Made by a program: the position numbers and the translations under genes. A stretch of DNA of 63,853 nucleotides, counting the filler, from Octopus bimaculoides (taxonomy: Eukaryota), in NCBI RefSeq assembly GCF_001194135.2. It is 5 parts of 5 records of this genome, joined end to end, with 100 filler letters (N's around TTAATTAATTAA, not from the genome) between each part and the next. Parts side by side here need not be neighbours in the genome. Positions count along the whole stretch, not along the records: positions 1 to 25,269 come from NC_068989.1; positions 25,370 to 41,481 come from NC_068981.1; 3 more parts are not named here. One strand, 5' to 3'. The notes below the pieces were generated by a model. It saw only the letters and a list, made by a program, of their open reading frames with translations. It made no database searches and was not told the DNA's origin. Positions 11,975 to 25,371 of the stretch are shown in pieces. How positions within the stretch are numbered: position 1 is the first letter of the stretch; each line of letters begins with the position of its first letter.

Positions 11975-12660
11975 TTAATCAAACAGTTTTGTATAAATTT
12001 GATGATATTCTCCTGTCATCTTATTCATTCCTCCAGGGCGTGATATCAATAACCCGCAAACATATTTCTCCTTATACATTCTGAGAAGTGAAAGTGGGGT
12101 ACATTCAGGATATTTTTTGAGAATGTGCACTTTCAAATCTTCTTCAAAATTGCAGCCGCTTGAAACGAAATGTTCAGCAAGTTCTGTTGAACTACTGTTC
12201 TTGTGCCTGACGTCGAATCTGTGCCCATTAAACCTTTTGTTTAATTGTTCCGTTGTACAACCAACATAAATCAAGTTGTTTCATGCATTCTGCAGCGTAC
12301 ACCAAATGAGAATCTTTGCAGGTTCCCCCTTCTGTATAAATCATAACATTTCTGTTATAATTTCTGATGGAATTCACTTCACTCATGTTGTTGCACAATG
12401 AACAGGGCTTACCTCTCTTGCGGCTGCTCTTTAAGGTACAGCGTGTAGATACTCCAATGTTCGTTTTCTCGGAGTCAGATATAGAGGTCAATAATTCTTT
12501 TATGTTCTTATTCCGTCGAAAGGCTACAATGGGCGGCTGAGGAAATATCTATTTGAAACTGGGATATTTTTTCGCCACATGTTGGTAACTTTCATGCAAC
12601 ACTTTTGAAATGCCAGCGAAACGTCGGTGCCAGTTAATCACTAAAGGAATTCTGTAATCA
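11975..12660 (-). mobile_element. Penelope-like retroelement 3' fragment (linker plus GIY-YIG endonuclease), disrupted
   Basis: Linker DYRIPLVINWHRRFAGISKVLHESYQHVAKKYPSFK*IFPQPPIVAFRRNKNIKEL, then Cys-rich CTLKS..GKPCSLC..GGTCKDSHLVYAAEC and IYVGCTTEQLNKRFNGHRFDV. This is the typical PLE GIY-YIG arrangement, broken by a stop and frameshifts. Confidence 0.88.
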
Positions 12661-12665
12661 GGAGC

Positions 12666-12712
<47 letters not shown>

Positions 12713-12714
<2 letters not shown>

Positions 12715-12925
12715 CCTTTCTACTATATGTATAAGGCCTGAAATTTCGGGAAAGAGAATAGTCGATTACACTGACACCAGTACTCAACTGGTACTTATTT
12801 TATCGACCCCGAAAGGATGAAAAGCAAAGTTGACATCGGCGGAATTTGAACTCAGAAGGTAGCGGCAGACGAATTACCGCTAAGCATTTCGTCCGGCGTG
12901 CTAACGATTCTGCCAGCCAACTCAA
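12713..12925 (-). mobile_element. Family-A SINE flanked by (AAT)n, between the Penelope fragment and the Uncx exon
   Basis: Full body cctttctact..gcctgaaattt..gtcgattacac..ggatgaaaagcaaagttgac..gctaacgattctgccagc. Confidence 0.88.
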
Positions 12926-12956
12926 TGCCCTGACAATAATAATGATGATGATGATG

Positions 12957-13036
<80 letters not shown>

Positions 13037-13055
13037 CATCGTTAATTCTTCTTAC

Positions 13056-13243
13056 TTGGACTCTGGATTCCACTAAATCCAACTTCAGCGCAAGGGCTTC
13101 TCTCATAAAAACATCAGGGTAATGACTATCTTTAAATGCTTGTTCCAATTCGTCCAGCTGCCAACCACTAAAATTTGTCCGCGTGCGTCTTCTTTTAGAT
13201 GAACTTTGACCCCCGTCTTTACCATCACATTCGCTTTTATCTC
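13056..13243 (-). CDS. uncx: Internal coding exon of an Unc-4/Uncx paired-like (PRD class) homeobox gene: homeodomain N-terminal arm, helix 1 and helix 2
   Basis: Acceptor ccttttctttcag|GA at 13243 and donor CAA|gtaaga at 13056; 188 nt = 2 nt + 62 codons. Translation (x)[62 protein letters not shown] closely matches the Uncx homeodomain as I recall it ([47 protein letters not shown]). The phase-0 intron before VWFQNRR is the classic PRD-class position. Confidence 0.95.
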
Positions 13244-13299
13244 CTGAAAGAAAAGGAAATAATTATCATTCTTAGTTCACTGTTAGTTTGCAATACAGG

Positions 13300-13391
<92 letters not shown>

Positions 13392-14292
13392 GGCATACAA
13401 GCACACACATATACACACATTCACACACACATTCTTGATATCATAAGAATTTACAATCTTTCGAGAGGATGAGGAATAATTTTTCATTTGTTCATTTTTC
13501 TTCTTTTAGCTGTTTCTGTCATGTGACTACGGCCATGCTGGAGCACCGCCTTGAAGGGCTTTTAACCGAACGAATTCACTTCAGGACTACTTTCTTCAAC
13601 TTAGTACTTATTCTATCTGTAAATATCTTATTAAGATACAATGTAGATGCAATTGTTATTTTGTTATATTAATAGCAAGCAAATGTTTTCTTTATCTACG
13701 GACGAATACGTAATTATCCGTGAAGAAAGCTAACTTGCCCCTCAGAAATCAGAAAAGTTTCAACATTATTGGAATATCCGTTCCGTATTTACAAGACAAC
13801 AACATCAAAACTGCTTAGCCGGTACCGACTTGTGCTTATTCTTTTAAGTACCTATATACTGACGAGTAGACAAAGATATGATCTCGTGACCTTCAACCTG
13901 ATTCTAATGGAACACAGCTGTCACAGTTGTGAAGAAGACACGAGATGCGGAAGTTATATATTGTTGATCAAGGATAAATCACAACAACCGGTCTAAATAT
14001 AGAACTTAGGATCGTGGTACCAACACACTAAACAACTAACTCATGCTCCCGCCGAAACCACAACATCAAATAGGGGTGGATATGAATACTTTAACGGATG
14101 ATAATTACTATGAATGATGGCATTCAACAAGGTCCAGTATGAAGTGAACTGAACGTTTAATGAGTTGGTTGGATGATAAAGGATCTGTATGAGAAAACTA
14201 TCAAGCATATAAATTAATATATATTAATACATATAGATATGTGCGTGCGTGCGTCTGTGTGTATGTGTGTGTGTGTGTGTGTGTGTGCGTGC

Positions 14293-14336
<44 letters not shown>

Positions 14337-14433
14337 TTCTGTGTCGGTACTAGAGATAATATAATTATATATGTATATACTTGTATTTATATTTATTAGT
14401 AATATTTAAATATACATATATCTATATCTATAT

Positions 14434-14484
<51 letters not shown>

Positions 14485-14485
14485 T

Positions 14486-14540
<55 letters not shown>

Positions 14541-15240
14541 GCGACAGACAGACAGACAGACAGAGACAGACAGACAGAGAGGGATAGTTAGATAGATAGA
14601 TATCGATATAGATATACGTAGATAATATATATAAGCTTATTTATATAAGCATATGTATATATATTTAAATATTACCATATAAATCTATCTGTATATATGT
14701 ATATGCATACATTTATACATATACACTTATATACACTCTAATATACACACACATGCATGGATACATACATACATACATAAACACATACACACACTCACAT
14801 ACACACGCTCACATACACACACACACATTACGCAGCAGACAATATATCTGCAGTGCCAGAAAATAAATTGGTAAGTCAATGCTTCGCTGACGTCTACGGA
14901 GGTAATCCATCTGGAATGATAAAACTTTGACCTCGCCTCACATCTTGGACACTTCTCACTTCTTTTGCGATGCAGGTAAATCAACTGAGGAATTCATAAT
15001 CTCGTATCTCTTGTGAGTAAGTAGGAAGGAGGCCAATGTTGGAAAGCGTGTCCGATGTCTGTACTGTGTGGAACCTTCTAACGAGAATATGCCGTGCAGT
15101 GCTGACACGACAGCCTCCACACATTCAGTGACCAGGACGTTAGGAGACCTGGCTCCAAACTGCGTCGCTTATTTAATTAAACGCTTAAGTATATCTATGT
15201 ATATGTATATGTATATGTATATATATATGTGTGTGTGTGT

Positions 15241-15285
<45 letters not shown>

Positions 15286-15314
15286 ACAAGAGAGACAGAC
15301 AGAGAGATAGATAG

Positions 15315-15420
<106 letters not shown>

Positions 15421-15665
15421 GCACACATACACACACATATCATATATATATATACATATATATATATACACACATCCAATACATACTGATAAACATACAT
15501 ATATATTTGCATATTAGTATATATCGATACATAAATATAATTCACAAATATTTAGATATACATTTATAAAGCATTTAACATTATTTACCATTTACAAACA
15601 TGTGTATGTTTGTGTGAGTCTATATATATAGTGTACGTATATATATATATATATACATATATATG

Positions 15666-15698
<33 letters not shown>

Positions 15699-16250
15699 NN
15701 NNNNNNNNNNNNNNNNNNNNNNNNNNNNNNNNNNNNNNNNNNNNNNNNNNNNNNNNNNNNNNNNNNNNNNNNNNNNNNNNNNNNNNNNNNNNNNNNNNNN
15801 NNNNNNNNNNNNNNNNNNNNNNNNNNNNNNNNNNNNNNNNNNNNNNNNNNNNNNNNNNNNNNNNNNNNNNNNNNNNNNNNNNNNNNNNNNNNNNNNNNNN
15901 NNNNNNNNNNNNNNNNNNNNNNNNNNNNNNNNTATATATCAATTTTATTATTATTTAATTATTATTGATAGAATAATACTGATGATGGACTTCCCGCTAA
16001 ATGTTTCAGTTCTAACAGTGTAGCTGATTTTGACAGTACTGGACACGATGCTAATAATGATTCTGAAGATGGTGATGTTGAAGTTGCAGTTGATCTTGTA
16101 TTAGGATGACGATGGTAATAACGGTTGCTGCGGTGATGTTAATGATTGATTAATTGATTGATAGGACCTTAATGAGCACAAGCAATGTAATGAGTTCAGT
16201 GAATTATAAAAGAGAACATAAATTTTGCTGGGTGGATTGAAATATAATTA

Positions 16251-16292
<42 letters not shown>

Positions 16293-16704
16293 TAACACAT
16301 GTGTTAGCATTAAAGTCAATTTACGATTATATGTCACCCGAGGAGAAACAACTGGATCCCATTATACAGGTAATCCGTTGCTTAATCTAAATGCTGTGTA
16401 TATGTGGATCAATGTTGTATCGAGACATATATAGTTTTTAATACATAACTGTCTAAACCTATTCCTTCCTGTTGATTCCATTTCTTCAATTTTTATTTTT
16501 TAGACATGATTAATGCCTAAGACGAGATTTGGAATACTACCGACTATTTGATAATTTTAAGGGTGAACGCGTTCTATTTTGAAGTCTAATACGTTCCTAA
16601 CGGAATACACCTTAATGACATATAGTATGCATGTATATATCTATATATATATGTATGTATGTATATGTATAAATGTATATATATATANNNNNNNNNNATA
16701 ATGA

Positions 16705-16751
<47 letters not shown>

Positions 16752-17001
16752 TTTTATTTGAAGATTGCAATCCCTTAAACTGACTCCGGGTCTTGCCTTG
16801 TACTTACTTCTTGCTACCCGTATTAAAAGGAAAGAAAAATGAATACAAGGCAAATACTACCATGACAGCTTTTAAGCTTAGAACGTAGATACACTTAAGA
16901 GAATTCGCATTAGCGGTGTCCAATAATCTACAAGTCACTGTCACAACAAGAATTACAACAACAACAACAATGACAACGGTAAAAACAACAACAAACAAGA
17001 G

Positions 17002-17034
<33 letters not shown>

Positions 17035-17339
17035 CATTGCAACAACAGCAACAGTAGAATATTGATATTATATAACGTTGCAGTAATGGAGGGTTAAAAC
17101 TAAGTAAATTTTAATGGACGGACTACTAAATATTTAGTGTGAGAGATGTAGGATCAGTTATGGAGTAGCGAGAAAATATTAGAGAGCATTAAGCAAAGAA
17201 GATTACTACATACAGTGTAAGATGATGTGAAAATCAGTTGAACAATAAAAAAGAAAAACAAGAGGAAACGGGGAATATTATTGTAAGTAAACAAATAAAA
17301 AGAAAATGTAGTAAACAGATACATTTATATATACATACA

Positions 17340-17371
<32 letters not shown>

Positions 17372-18183
17372 CATATATATATAAATATATATATATATTA
17401 CATATACATATATATATAAATATATATATATATATATGTGTGNNNNNNNNNNNNNNNNNNNNNNNNNNNNNNNNNNNNNNNNNNNNNNNNNNNNNNNNNN
17501 NNNNNNNNNNNNNNNNNNNNNNNNNNNNNNNNNNNNNNNNNNNNNNNNNNNNNNNNNNNNNNNNNNNNNNNNNNNNNNNNNNNNNNNNNNNNNNNNNNNN
17601 NNNNNNNNNNNNNNNNNNNNNNNNNNNNNNNNNNNNNNNNNNNNNNNNNNNNNNNNNNNNNNNNNNNNNNNNNNNNNNNNNNNNNNNNNNNNNNNNNNNN
17701 NNNNNNNNNNNNNNNNNNNNNNNNNNNNNNNNNNNNNNNNNNNNNNNNNNNNNNNNNNNNNNNNNNNNNNNNNNNNNNNNNNNNNNNNNNNNNNNNNNNN
17801 NNNNNNNNNNNNNNNNNNNNNNNNNNNNNNNNNNNNNNNNNNNNNNNNNNNNNNNNNNNNNNNNNNNNNNNNNNNNNNNNNNNNNNNNNNNNNNNNNNNN
17901 NNNNNNNNNNNNNNNNNNNNNNNNNNNNNNNNNNNNNNNNNNNNNNNNNNNNNNNNNNNNNNNNNNNNNNNNNNNNNNNNNNNNNNNNNNNNNNNNNNNN
18001 NNNNNNNNNNNNNNNNNNNNNNNNNNNNNNNNNNNNNNNNNNNNNNNNNNNNNNNNNNNNNNNNNNNNNNNNNNNNNNNNNNNNNNNNNNTATATATTCA
18101 TACACATATATATACACACAAATATTTACGCATATTCATATGTGTGCATAGATATACACGTGTAGCTATATATACATACATAT

Positions 18184-18235
<52 letters not shown>

Positions 18236-18654
18236 ACACATTATACAGACATTCTCACATACAAACGAAGTATAATGCAAAAACAAACGAAACAAAGAGA
18301 CGAAGTACGATATCTATAAAGGAATTATTGGAGAGCAAATAAAAATAAAAGCCATTAATGATATTAGAAAATGTGAACATTGAATAAATGAAGAAGAAAA
18401 CCGAATATAAACGGCGCCTTGCTTTGCTAGTGTGAATTAACAATGTTTAAATGGATTATTTGATGAATGTGGGCGGTGCAGGATATATAGAAACTGAAAG
18501 AAATCTTCAACAGATTCGATTCATCTTAGCAGTGTGATATCTTGTGATATAATGATATAATGTGATGTGAGATTAATGTTGTATTTGTTTGGCTCCTGTT
18601 CAGCCATGATTCTAGACTATTGTTATAGTTGTTCTTGTTGCTATTCTTGGTGGT

Positions 18655-18990
18655 GGTGGTGGTAACAATGGTGGTTGTAGTCGAAGTGGTGGTGATGTTG
18701 CGGTGGTAGTGGTGGTGATGTTGTTGTTGGTGGAGGTGGTTACAGAGGTATTCGTGGTGGTGGTNNNNNNNNNNTGTGGTGGTCGCAGTGGTGGTGATGT
18801 TGCGGTGGTAGTGGTGGTGATGTTGTTGTTGGTGGAGTTGGTTACAGAGGTGTTCGTGGTGGTGGTGGTAGTAACAATGGTGGTGGTGGTCGCAGTGGTG
18901 GTGATGTTGCGGTGGTAGTGGTAGTGATGTTGTTGTTGGTGGAAGTGGTTACAGAAGTATTGGTGGCGGTAGTGGAGGTGGTGTTTAGCC
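18655..18990. repeat. About 107-bp GGT-rich minisatellite, 3 units
   Basis: ttacaga anchor at 18740, 18842 and 18949; one unit contains a 10-N gap. Confidence 0.8.
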
Positions 18991-19145
18991 GAAGCCCTGC
19001 TGTTATTGTTTAACCGATCTAGTACCTTCTGATTGAGGAAAGCTAGAGTTGTTTGTTGCTGCTAACCTTGTTGTTATTATTGTTAAACAGAAGATCAACT
19101 CTGATCCAGCAGACCTATTGTTGCTGTTACTACTCAACCCAGTGG

Positions 19146-19527
19146 GGGAGCAATGGCCCAGTAGTTAGGGCAGCGGACTCGCGGTCATAGGATTGCGGTT
19201 TCGATTCCCAGACCGGGCGTTGTGAGTGTTTGTTGAGCGAAAACACCTAAAGCTCCACGAGGCTCCGGCAGGGGATGGTGGCGAATCCTGCTGTACTCTT
19301 CCACCACAACTTTCTCTCACTATTACTTTCTGTTTCTGTTGAGCCTGTAATTCAAAGGGTCAGCCTTGTCACACTGTGTGACGCTGAATATCCCCGAGAA
19401 CTACGTTAAGGGTACACGTGTCTGTGGAGTGCTCAGCCACTTGCACGTTAATTTCACGAGCAGGCTGTTCCGTTGATCGGATCAACTGGAACCTTCGACG
19501 TCGTAAGCGACGGAGCGCCAACAACAA
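19146..19527 (+). mobile_element. Full-length family-C tRNA-derived SINE with (CAA)n tail and target-site duplication
   Basis: tRNA-like head ggagcaatggcccagtagttagg..ggtttcgattccc (A/B-box-like). Flanking ttgctgttactactcaacc (19121-19139) and ttgctacaactactcaacc (19528-19546) form a 19-bp TSD with 3 mismatches. Confidence 0.88.
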
Positions 19528-19730
19528 TTGCTACAACTACTCAACCTAAGGTTAGTAATGATTTAGCAGAGCTGCATTGGGCTGCTATCTCTGTTGTTAT
19601 TGTTTAGACCAAGTTCAACCTTGGGCATTGATGCAATATATTCGCTCATAATCTATTCCCCTGCAAAAGAATTTTTGCTGTACCTATGACCGAAATTCCA
19701 AATTACTTTCACAACATTTATAGTGTAAAG

Positions 19731-19781
<51 letters not shown>

Positions 19782-19786
19782 ATCGG

Positions 19787-19896
19787 ATTCAGTCCCACTG
19801 CGTGGCACCCACCTTTGGCAAATGTCTTTTACTATAGCTTCGGACCGACGAAAGCCTTGTAAGGGGATTTGGTAGACGGAAACTGAAAGAAGTCCG

Positions 19897-19937
<41 letters not shown>

Positions 19938-20070
19938 TTTGTGTCTGTTTTTCCAGCGCCCAACAACCGATGTTGGTGTGTTTATGTCCCTGTGACTTAG
20001 CGGTTCGGCAAAAATAACCGATAAAAATGGGCGCAGCCAAATGACTGAAAAAGTAAAAGAATAAAAGAAT
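19787..20070 (+). mobile_element. Family-B SINE, 5' truncated and internally deleted
   Basis: ttcagtcccactgcgtggcacc..ttggcaaatgtcttttactatagc..(GT)n..aaccgatgttggtgtgtttatgtccc. Confidence 0.82.
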
Positions 20071-20324
20071 ATATATATCCGTATGTCTATCTGCCTATCT
20101 ATTTTTCTGCCTGTCCCACTGTCCCTCTAGCTAACAAACTGTCTATCTGTGTATCTGTCCATCTATTTATCTATCTATCTGTCCATCAATCTATCTGTCT
20201 ATTAATTGATCCATCTACGTATATAATTCGATCCTTATGTGTGTCAGATTCTATATGTTCGTTCCGCTCTTTTACTCTTGCTTTCTATTACAGCATTGTC
20301 TCAAGACACTACATGTCTTGAAGC

Positions 20325-20742
20325 AATAGCATACTCTTTTATTTGTTTCAGTCAATTGACTGCGGCCATGCTGGAGCACCAGCTTTAGTCGAGCAAATCG
20401 ACCCCAGGACTTATTCTTTGTAAGCGTAGTACTTATTCTATCGGTCTCTTTTTGCCAAACCACTAAGTTACGGGGACGTAAACAAACCAGCATCGGTTGT
20501 CAAGCGATGCTGGGGGGACAAGCACACACACACAAACACACACACAGATATATATATATATATACATACATATACACGACAGGCTTCTTTCAGTGTCCGT
20601 GTACCTAATCCACTCACAAGGCTTTGGTCGGCCCGAGGCTATAGTAGAAGACACTTGCCCAAGGTGCCACGCAGTGGGACTGAACCCGGAACCATGTGGT
20701 TGGTAAGAAAGCTACTTACCACACAGCCACTCTTGTGCCTAT
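20325..20742 (-). mobile_element. Full-length family-B SINE (tRNA head, CORE-like ccttgggcaagtgtcttct segment, internal microsatellite)
   Basis: Sense strand: gagtggctgtgtggtaagtagc..ccgggttcagtcccactgcgtggcaccttgggcaagtgtcttctactatagc..(TA/TG)n..gctccagcatggccgcagtc..gactgaaac. Other copies or fragments lie near 6505, 7685, 13490, 19787(+), 26517, 34255, 44895-45690, 56093 and 63540(+). Confidence 0.88.
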
Positions 20743-22073
20743 GCTAAAATATCATAACGTTTCTAAATCATTCATAGAATATCGCCGCAGACTGCAAATT
20801 AGCCTCTAATATTCGTAACTATATAACTAGGATGGAAATAAGGATTAGTTAATCCTTATTACAGATTACAGAAAGGACAATACGAACGAGATGGTTGACA
20901 CACCAGAGAACAATAATGGTAGGCTTCATTTACGTCGTTCCCGATGCAAATTGTTTGATCAACTGAATAATGTGCTCCTAAATTAAAATGTATGTATCTG
21001 AGAATTCCATACCCAACTGTACCTCTTCAAATAATTCACATGCAGAATTACTATGATACTGTGTGACTCGTGGATGTAGACTAACACAATTGCCCATGAT
21101 GCCACGCAGTGGAATTGAATCAAGAATCTCTTGATTTTGAGGTGAAATATTTGACCATTCGGCCATACTGTATCTACCCAGATGGCCAAAATTTCCAAAA
21201 TTCTTTACTTCAATAATTTGGAGCTAGCGCACATTAGGTTATCTTTTCGATTTCGAGACCGAATGGCTCGGGTATCCTTGAATAAGGCTTTTCATTTCCC
21301 GTTGCTCCAGTTTACTCAACTGAAATTAAATACCAGCCCAATGGTGGTATCGTCCTTTTTACTTCCAGCTGTCAAATCTTTGTTATTCTGCTTGGTGGGA
21401 GAGTAAAAAGTGTGCCGTGTCTACTCATGATTACATAAGCACCAAGCCACACTCACTTACTGAGAAACAAGGAAATAGTGAGTGGTAGTGGGAGAATTAA
21501 AATGAGAGTGAGTTGGTGTGAGTTTTAAAGATTATATTACGGCAAAATAACGAGAAAACTGGAACAGTATGTTCATAAATAAAGATGTAAAACTTTGAAA
21601 TCTTTGGATATGCTACAGTTTTATTAAGAATACCGTGATAAAATAACTTTTGAAATAATGATAACTACATGTGAATCTTTCAAAGCTTTGTATATAATAT
21701 GGATATATATTTATAAATATCTAAGATTAAACCACCCAGTGACCAAGTAAAAATTTTATGAGACATAGCTGTCACTTTTCATAGCGCAGGTGTCTATGAT
21801 TTTATATACATATACATAGCGTGCCATCATTTTCAGAGGGTGATATGTACTATCTCTTTTATGAATTATCGATCTTGGGCTTTTGGTTAAGATCAAAGTG
21901 TAACATTTTACTATACATATAGAAAATGTGAGATCCTTAGCTAAGGAATTAGTCAATGTTTTCACCAGTCGTTAGAACGGTTACGCCATTTGATATAATT
22001 GATAAATATTTTACGACACGGAAACACTAGTATCGCTAGATAGATAGATAGATAAATAGATAGATTGATAGAC

Positions 22074-22142
<69 letters not shown>

Positions 22143-22423
22143 TTTACGTAATCATTACCAGTAGATACACGACCTTGGTACAATAGTTTAATACAATAAT
22201 TAAGAAATATAAAGAAATACATGTAAACCATAAATATTTACCTATGCAGTGTTTTGTCATTTTCTGCTAATGATTATTTTCTCTTCGTTATTTTTTATGT
22301 GTTAATTACTACATGAAATGAGTCTTGTACGCATATGTCTGCAAACTGTTTAGCAAACAAATTTACCAGAAATTGAAAGGTATTCATGCAGTTTGCATAT
22401 AATAAACGATAATAATAATAATG

Positions 22424-22488
<65 letters not shown>

Positions 22489-22610
22489 CTGTATGCATGT
22501 ATGTGTTCGTTTGCATGTTTGTGCGTGTTGAAATAAGGCATGCACACAAGGGTATATAAAAAATTGAAGTAGACAATCACATAAATTATATGAATATCAT
22601 GCACATGCAC

Positions 22611-22658
<48 letters not shown>

Positions 22659-23559
22659 CACTGAAACATTGTGGGTGATAATAGGAAGTGATAGGAGATA
22701 GAGAGTGTTACACACAATACACACCTGATGTACACGGAGATGAGCTTTGCGACACAGTGAAATAAAGGTCTGCATTGAGAAAATAATAATAATAATAATA
22801 ATAATAAATTAAATTAAATTAAATCAAATATCTCAAAAAAGCAACGGGATACCAATACAAATAGCTACAGAACACAAATGAAATCCACCCACCCACTCGC
22901 ACGCACACATACAAAATTCTTTTCATGGAAACTTATGCACAACAGAAGCTGAAATAAATATTTATTAGAGAAAATGGAAAACGACCATAAGATTTTTAAA
23001 GAGCCAAACTCTAAACTCAAAATGGAGCCACAGCATAAAGCTATGGTGAGGAAAAACTCCAACATGAATAAAACTATGTAGAAATAGTCAAACAAATATC
23101 GTAGAATTAACTGAGAAATGCAGGACTCAAAGTAGAAACTGAAGAATTTTCGATTGCTACACAAGATTAGATTTCCCATCACAAACTTCCAAAATGGCTT
23201 GCAATGAAGTACAGAACACATAATGTGGCTATAGAGGAAGTGAAGCTTTCAAACAAAGAAAATTAGAAATTACTTTTGTGTCCCATCTTATCCATTAGAG
23301 AATACATATGCACGCATAAAAAAGTTGGTTCTTACTTACACTAGAAGTAATAGCAATATTATTTAAATGCCAAAATAAAGGATGTGAAATAATTACTTCA
23401 CATAACAAACGGTGTCGGATTACATTCTATCTTCCTAAATAATAAAAAAAAATTAAGGAAGTATACATTGGATTCTCTGGACTTAGGTCTACAATCAGCG
23501 AGATTGTTAGGTTAGGAATGTTTATTAGTAAAATGAGTGTTGTAACAGCACTTGGAACA

Positions 23560-24270
23560 CCTTCAACTAAACAGTTTGCAGAATGTCGATGGGACGTGAA
23601 GAAAAATTTAGAAATTCACTATGCAATGAAGTTTTGTATTAAACTGGATCAAAACACTGCAGAAACTTATGAAATGCTCCAAGACGCTTATGTATTCACA
23701 TTTATGACCCGAATATCTGGGGGGTTTTTTGTTGTTGTTTTTTTTTTTGCTGACACAAGTGGCCAGATAAAGGAAGATGACCAGGAGGCTCACGATAACA
23801 CTTAACGGCAGAAAAGGTATCATCTGCATCCACTGGGTTCCCTCTGGGCAGATAGTCAAAAGTACTCAGTGGAAGTTTTGAGGGGGTTGGGGGAAAAGGA
23901 TTCGTTGCAAAATGTCAGAGCACCTACACTAGATCAATACACCAGTCCACAATTCCATTCTAGAAACCAAACTATTTGACAGATATGGGCATCGAAATTG
24001 TTTTTCACTCTTCCTACAATCGAGTCTTTGCTTCCTGTGACTTGGTTGTTCGCCAAGCTGGAGTTGAAAATGAAGGCGGCTGTGACAAGGGTCCCGGACA
24101 CCTTCAGTCTGAAGGACTTCCATGGTGCTTTCGCGAAGTGGCTGGAGTGCTACAGCAAGTGCGCTGAAGACAGAGGATTCTATTTAGAAGGAAATTAGAT
24201 ATTTGTAATTCTTTGAAATTAATAAATCTCTCTCATGAAAACGTCTCAAAATTTCAGGAGTACACCTTCT
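23560..24270 (+). mobile_element. Internally deleted mariner-family DNA transposon
   Basis: N-terminal HYAMKFCIKLDQNTAETYEMLQDAY (mariner HTH start); degenerate HSSYNRVFASCD (YSPDLAP region); C-terminal FHGAFAKWLECYSKCAEDRGFYLEGN. TIRs were not confidently identified. Confidence 0.8.
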
Positions 24271-25371
24271 GATTAACGCCAGTGTATGAAATGCACTTTA
24301 TTTGACTCCGGTGTGATATGAACACATGAAATAGAGGATCAAAAGTGTCTTTAATATCTGATGACAATAATGTCAATATCTAATTCTGCAATCCTCTATC
24401 CACTGAGTCTTTGCTTGTCTCGTGTATCTCACGTGATACACCAGACATATTTCCTTGGCGTCCATGTATCATATATGATATACATTTCTAATTTATTGCA
24501 ACTATCAAATTAATTTAGGACACACGAAAGGAAAGCTTTATACTAATCAAAACGTATGAACCACGCGCTAGCAAAATATCTGAAAACATGCAAGGATGTC
24601 TAGGAGAAGCTTATGAAAATGCTTTGGACAGGCAAAGGGTTAAATAGCTAAACGGAATGGAAATGTAACTTGATAATAATCTTTTAACAACAGTGCGACT
24701 TATTAAATACATAGTACTATGAATTATCAATTCGGTAGGAATGAATTGCTTGAATGGGACTGTCTCATGCCTTATCCTTCTGGTATTAGGTTAGTGATGC
24801 ACAATATAAAATAACTACAAGAGGAAGCGAACACGAGCCTGTGAATTAGATATCATTCTGGATGGAATCACTTGACCCTCTGCAAGGACAACGAAACGAT
24901 ATTAGCACTCGGTCGGTTACGCGTGGGTTCTAGTTGATCCCATCAACGGAACAGCTTGCACGTGAAATTAACGTGCTAGTGGCTGGGCACTTCACAGACA
25001 CGTGTACTCTTAATATAGTTCTCAGGGAGATCTAGTGTGACACAGAATGGGACAAAGCTGACTATTTGAAATATAGGTACAACTCATTTTCAACAGCTGG
25101 AGCGGACTGAAGCAACGAGAAATAAAGTGTCTTGTTTGAAGACTCCACGCGTTGTCGGGAATTGAACTCACGACATTATGATCGTGGGTTAGCTATCGAA
25201 ACCATTACGTTAGAGCCTTCACACATACATACATAAATACATAAATACATACATACATACACATGTATANNNNNNNNNNNNNNNNNNNNNNNNNNNNNNN
25301 NNNNNNNNNNNNNTTAATTAATTAANNNNNNNNNNNNNNNNNNNNNNNNNNNNNNNNNNNNNNNNNNNNTA

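Noticed and set aside
23456-23490. Possible left TIR of the mariner relic matching 24241-24271
   Set aside because: Only weak identity by eye in AT-rich sequence, and no clear TA duplication.
25314-25325. TTAATTAATTAA island inside N runs (also at 41526-41537, 53072-53083 and 62563-62574)
   Set aside because: An identical 12-mer isolated between Ns four times, with stops in all frames; this is a scaffolding or gap linker, not biology.
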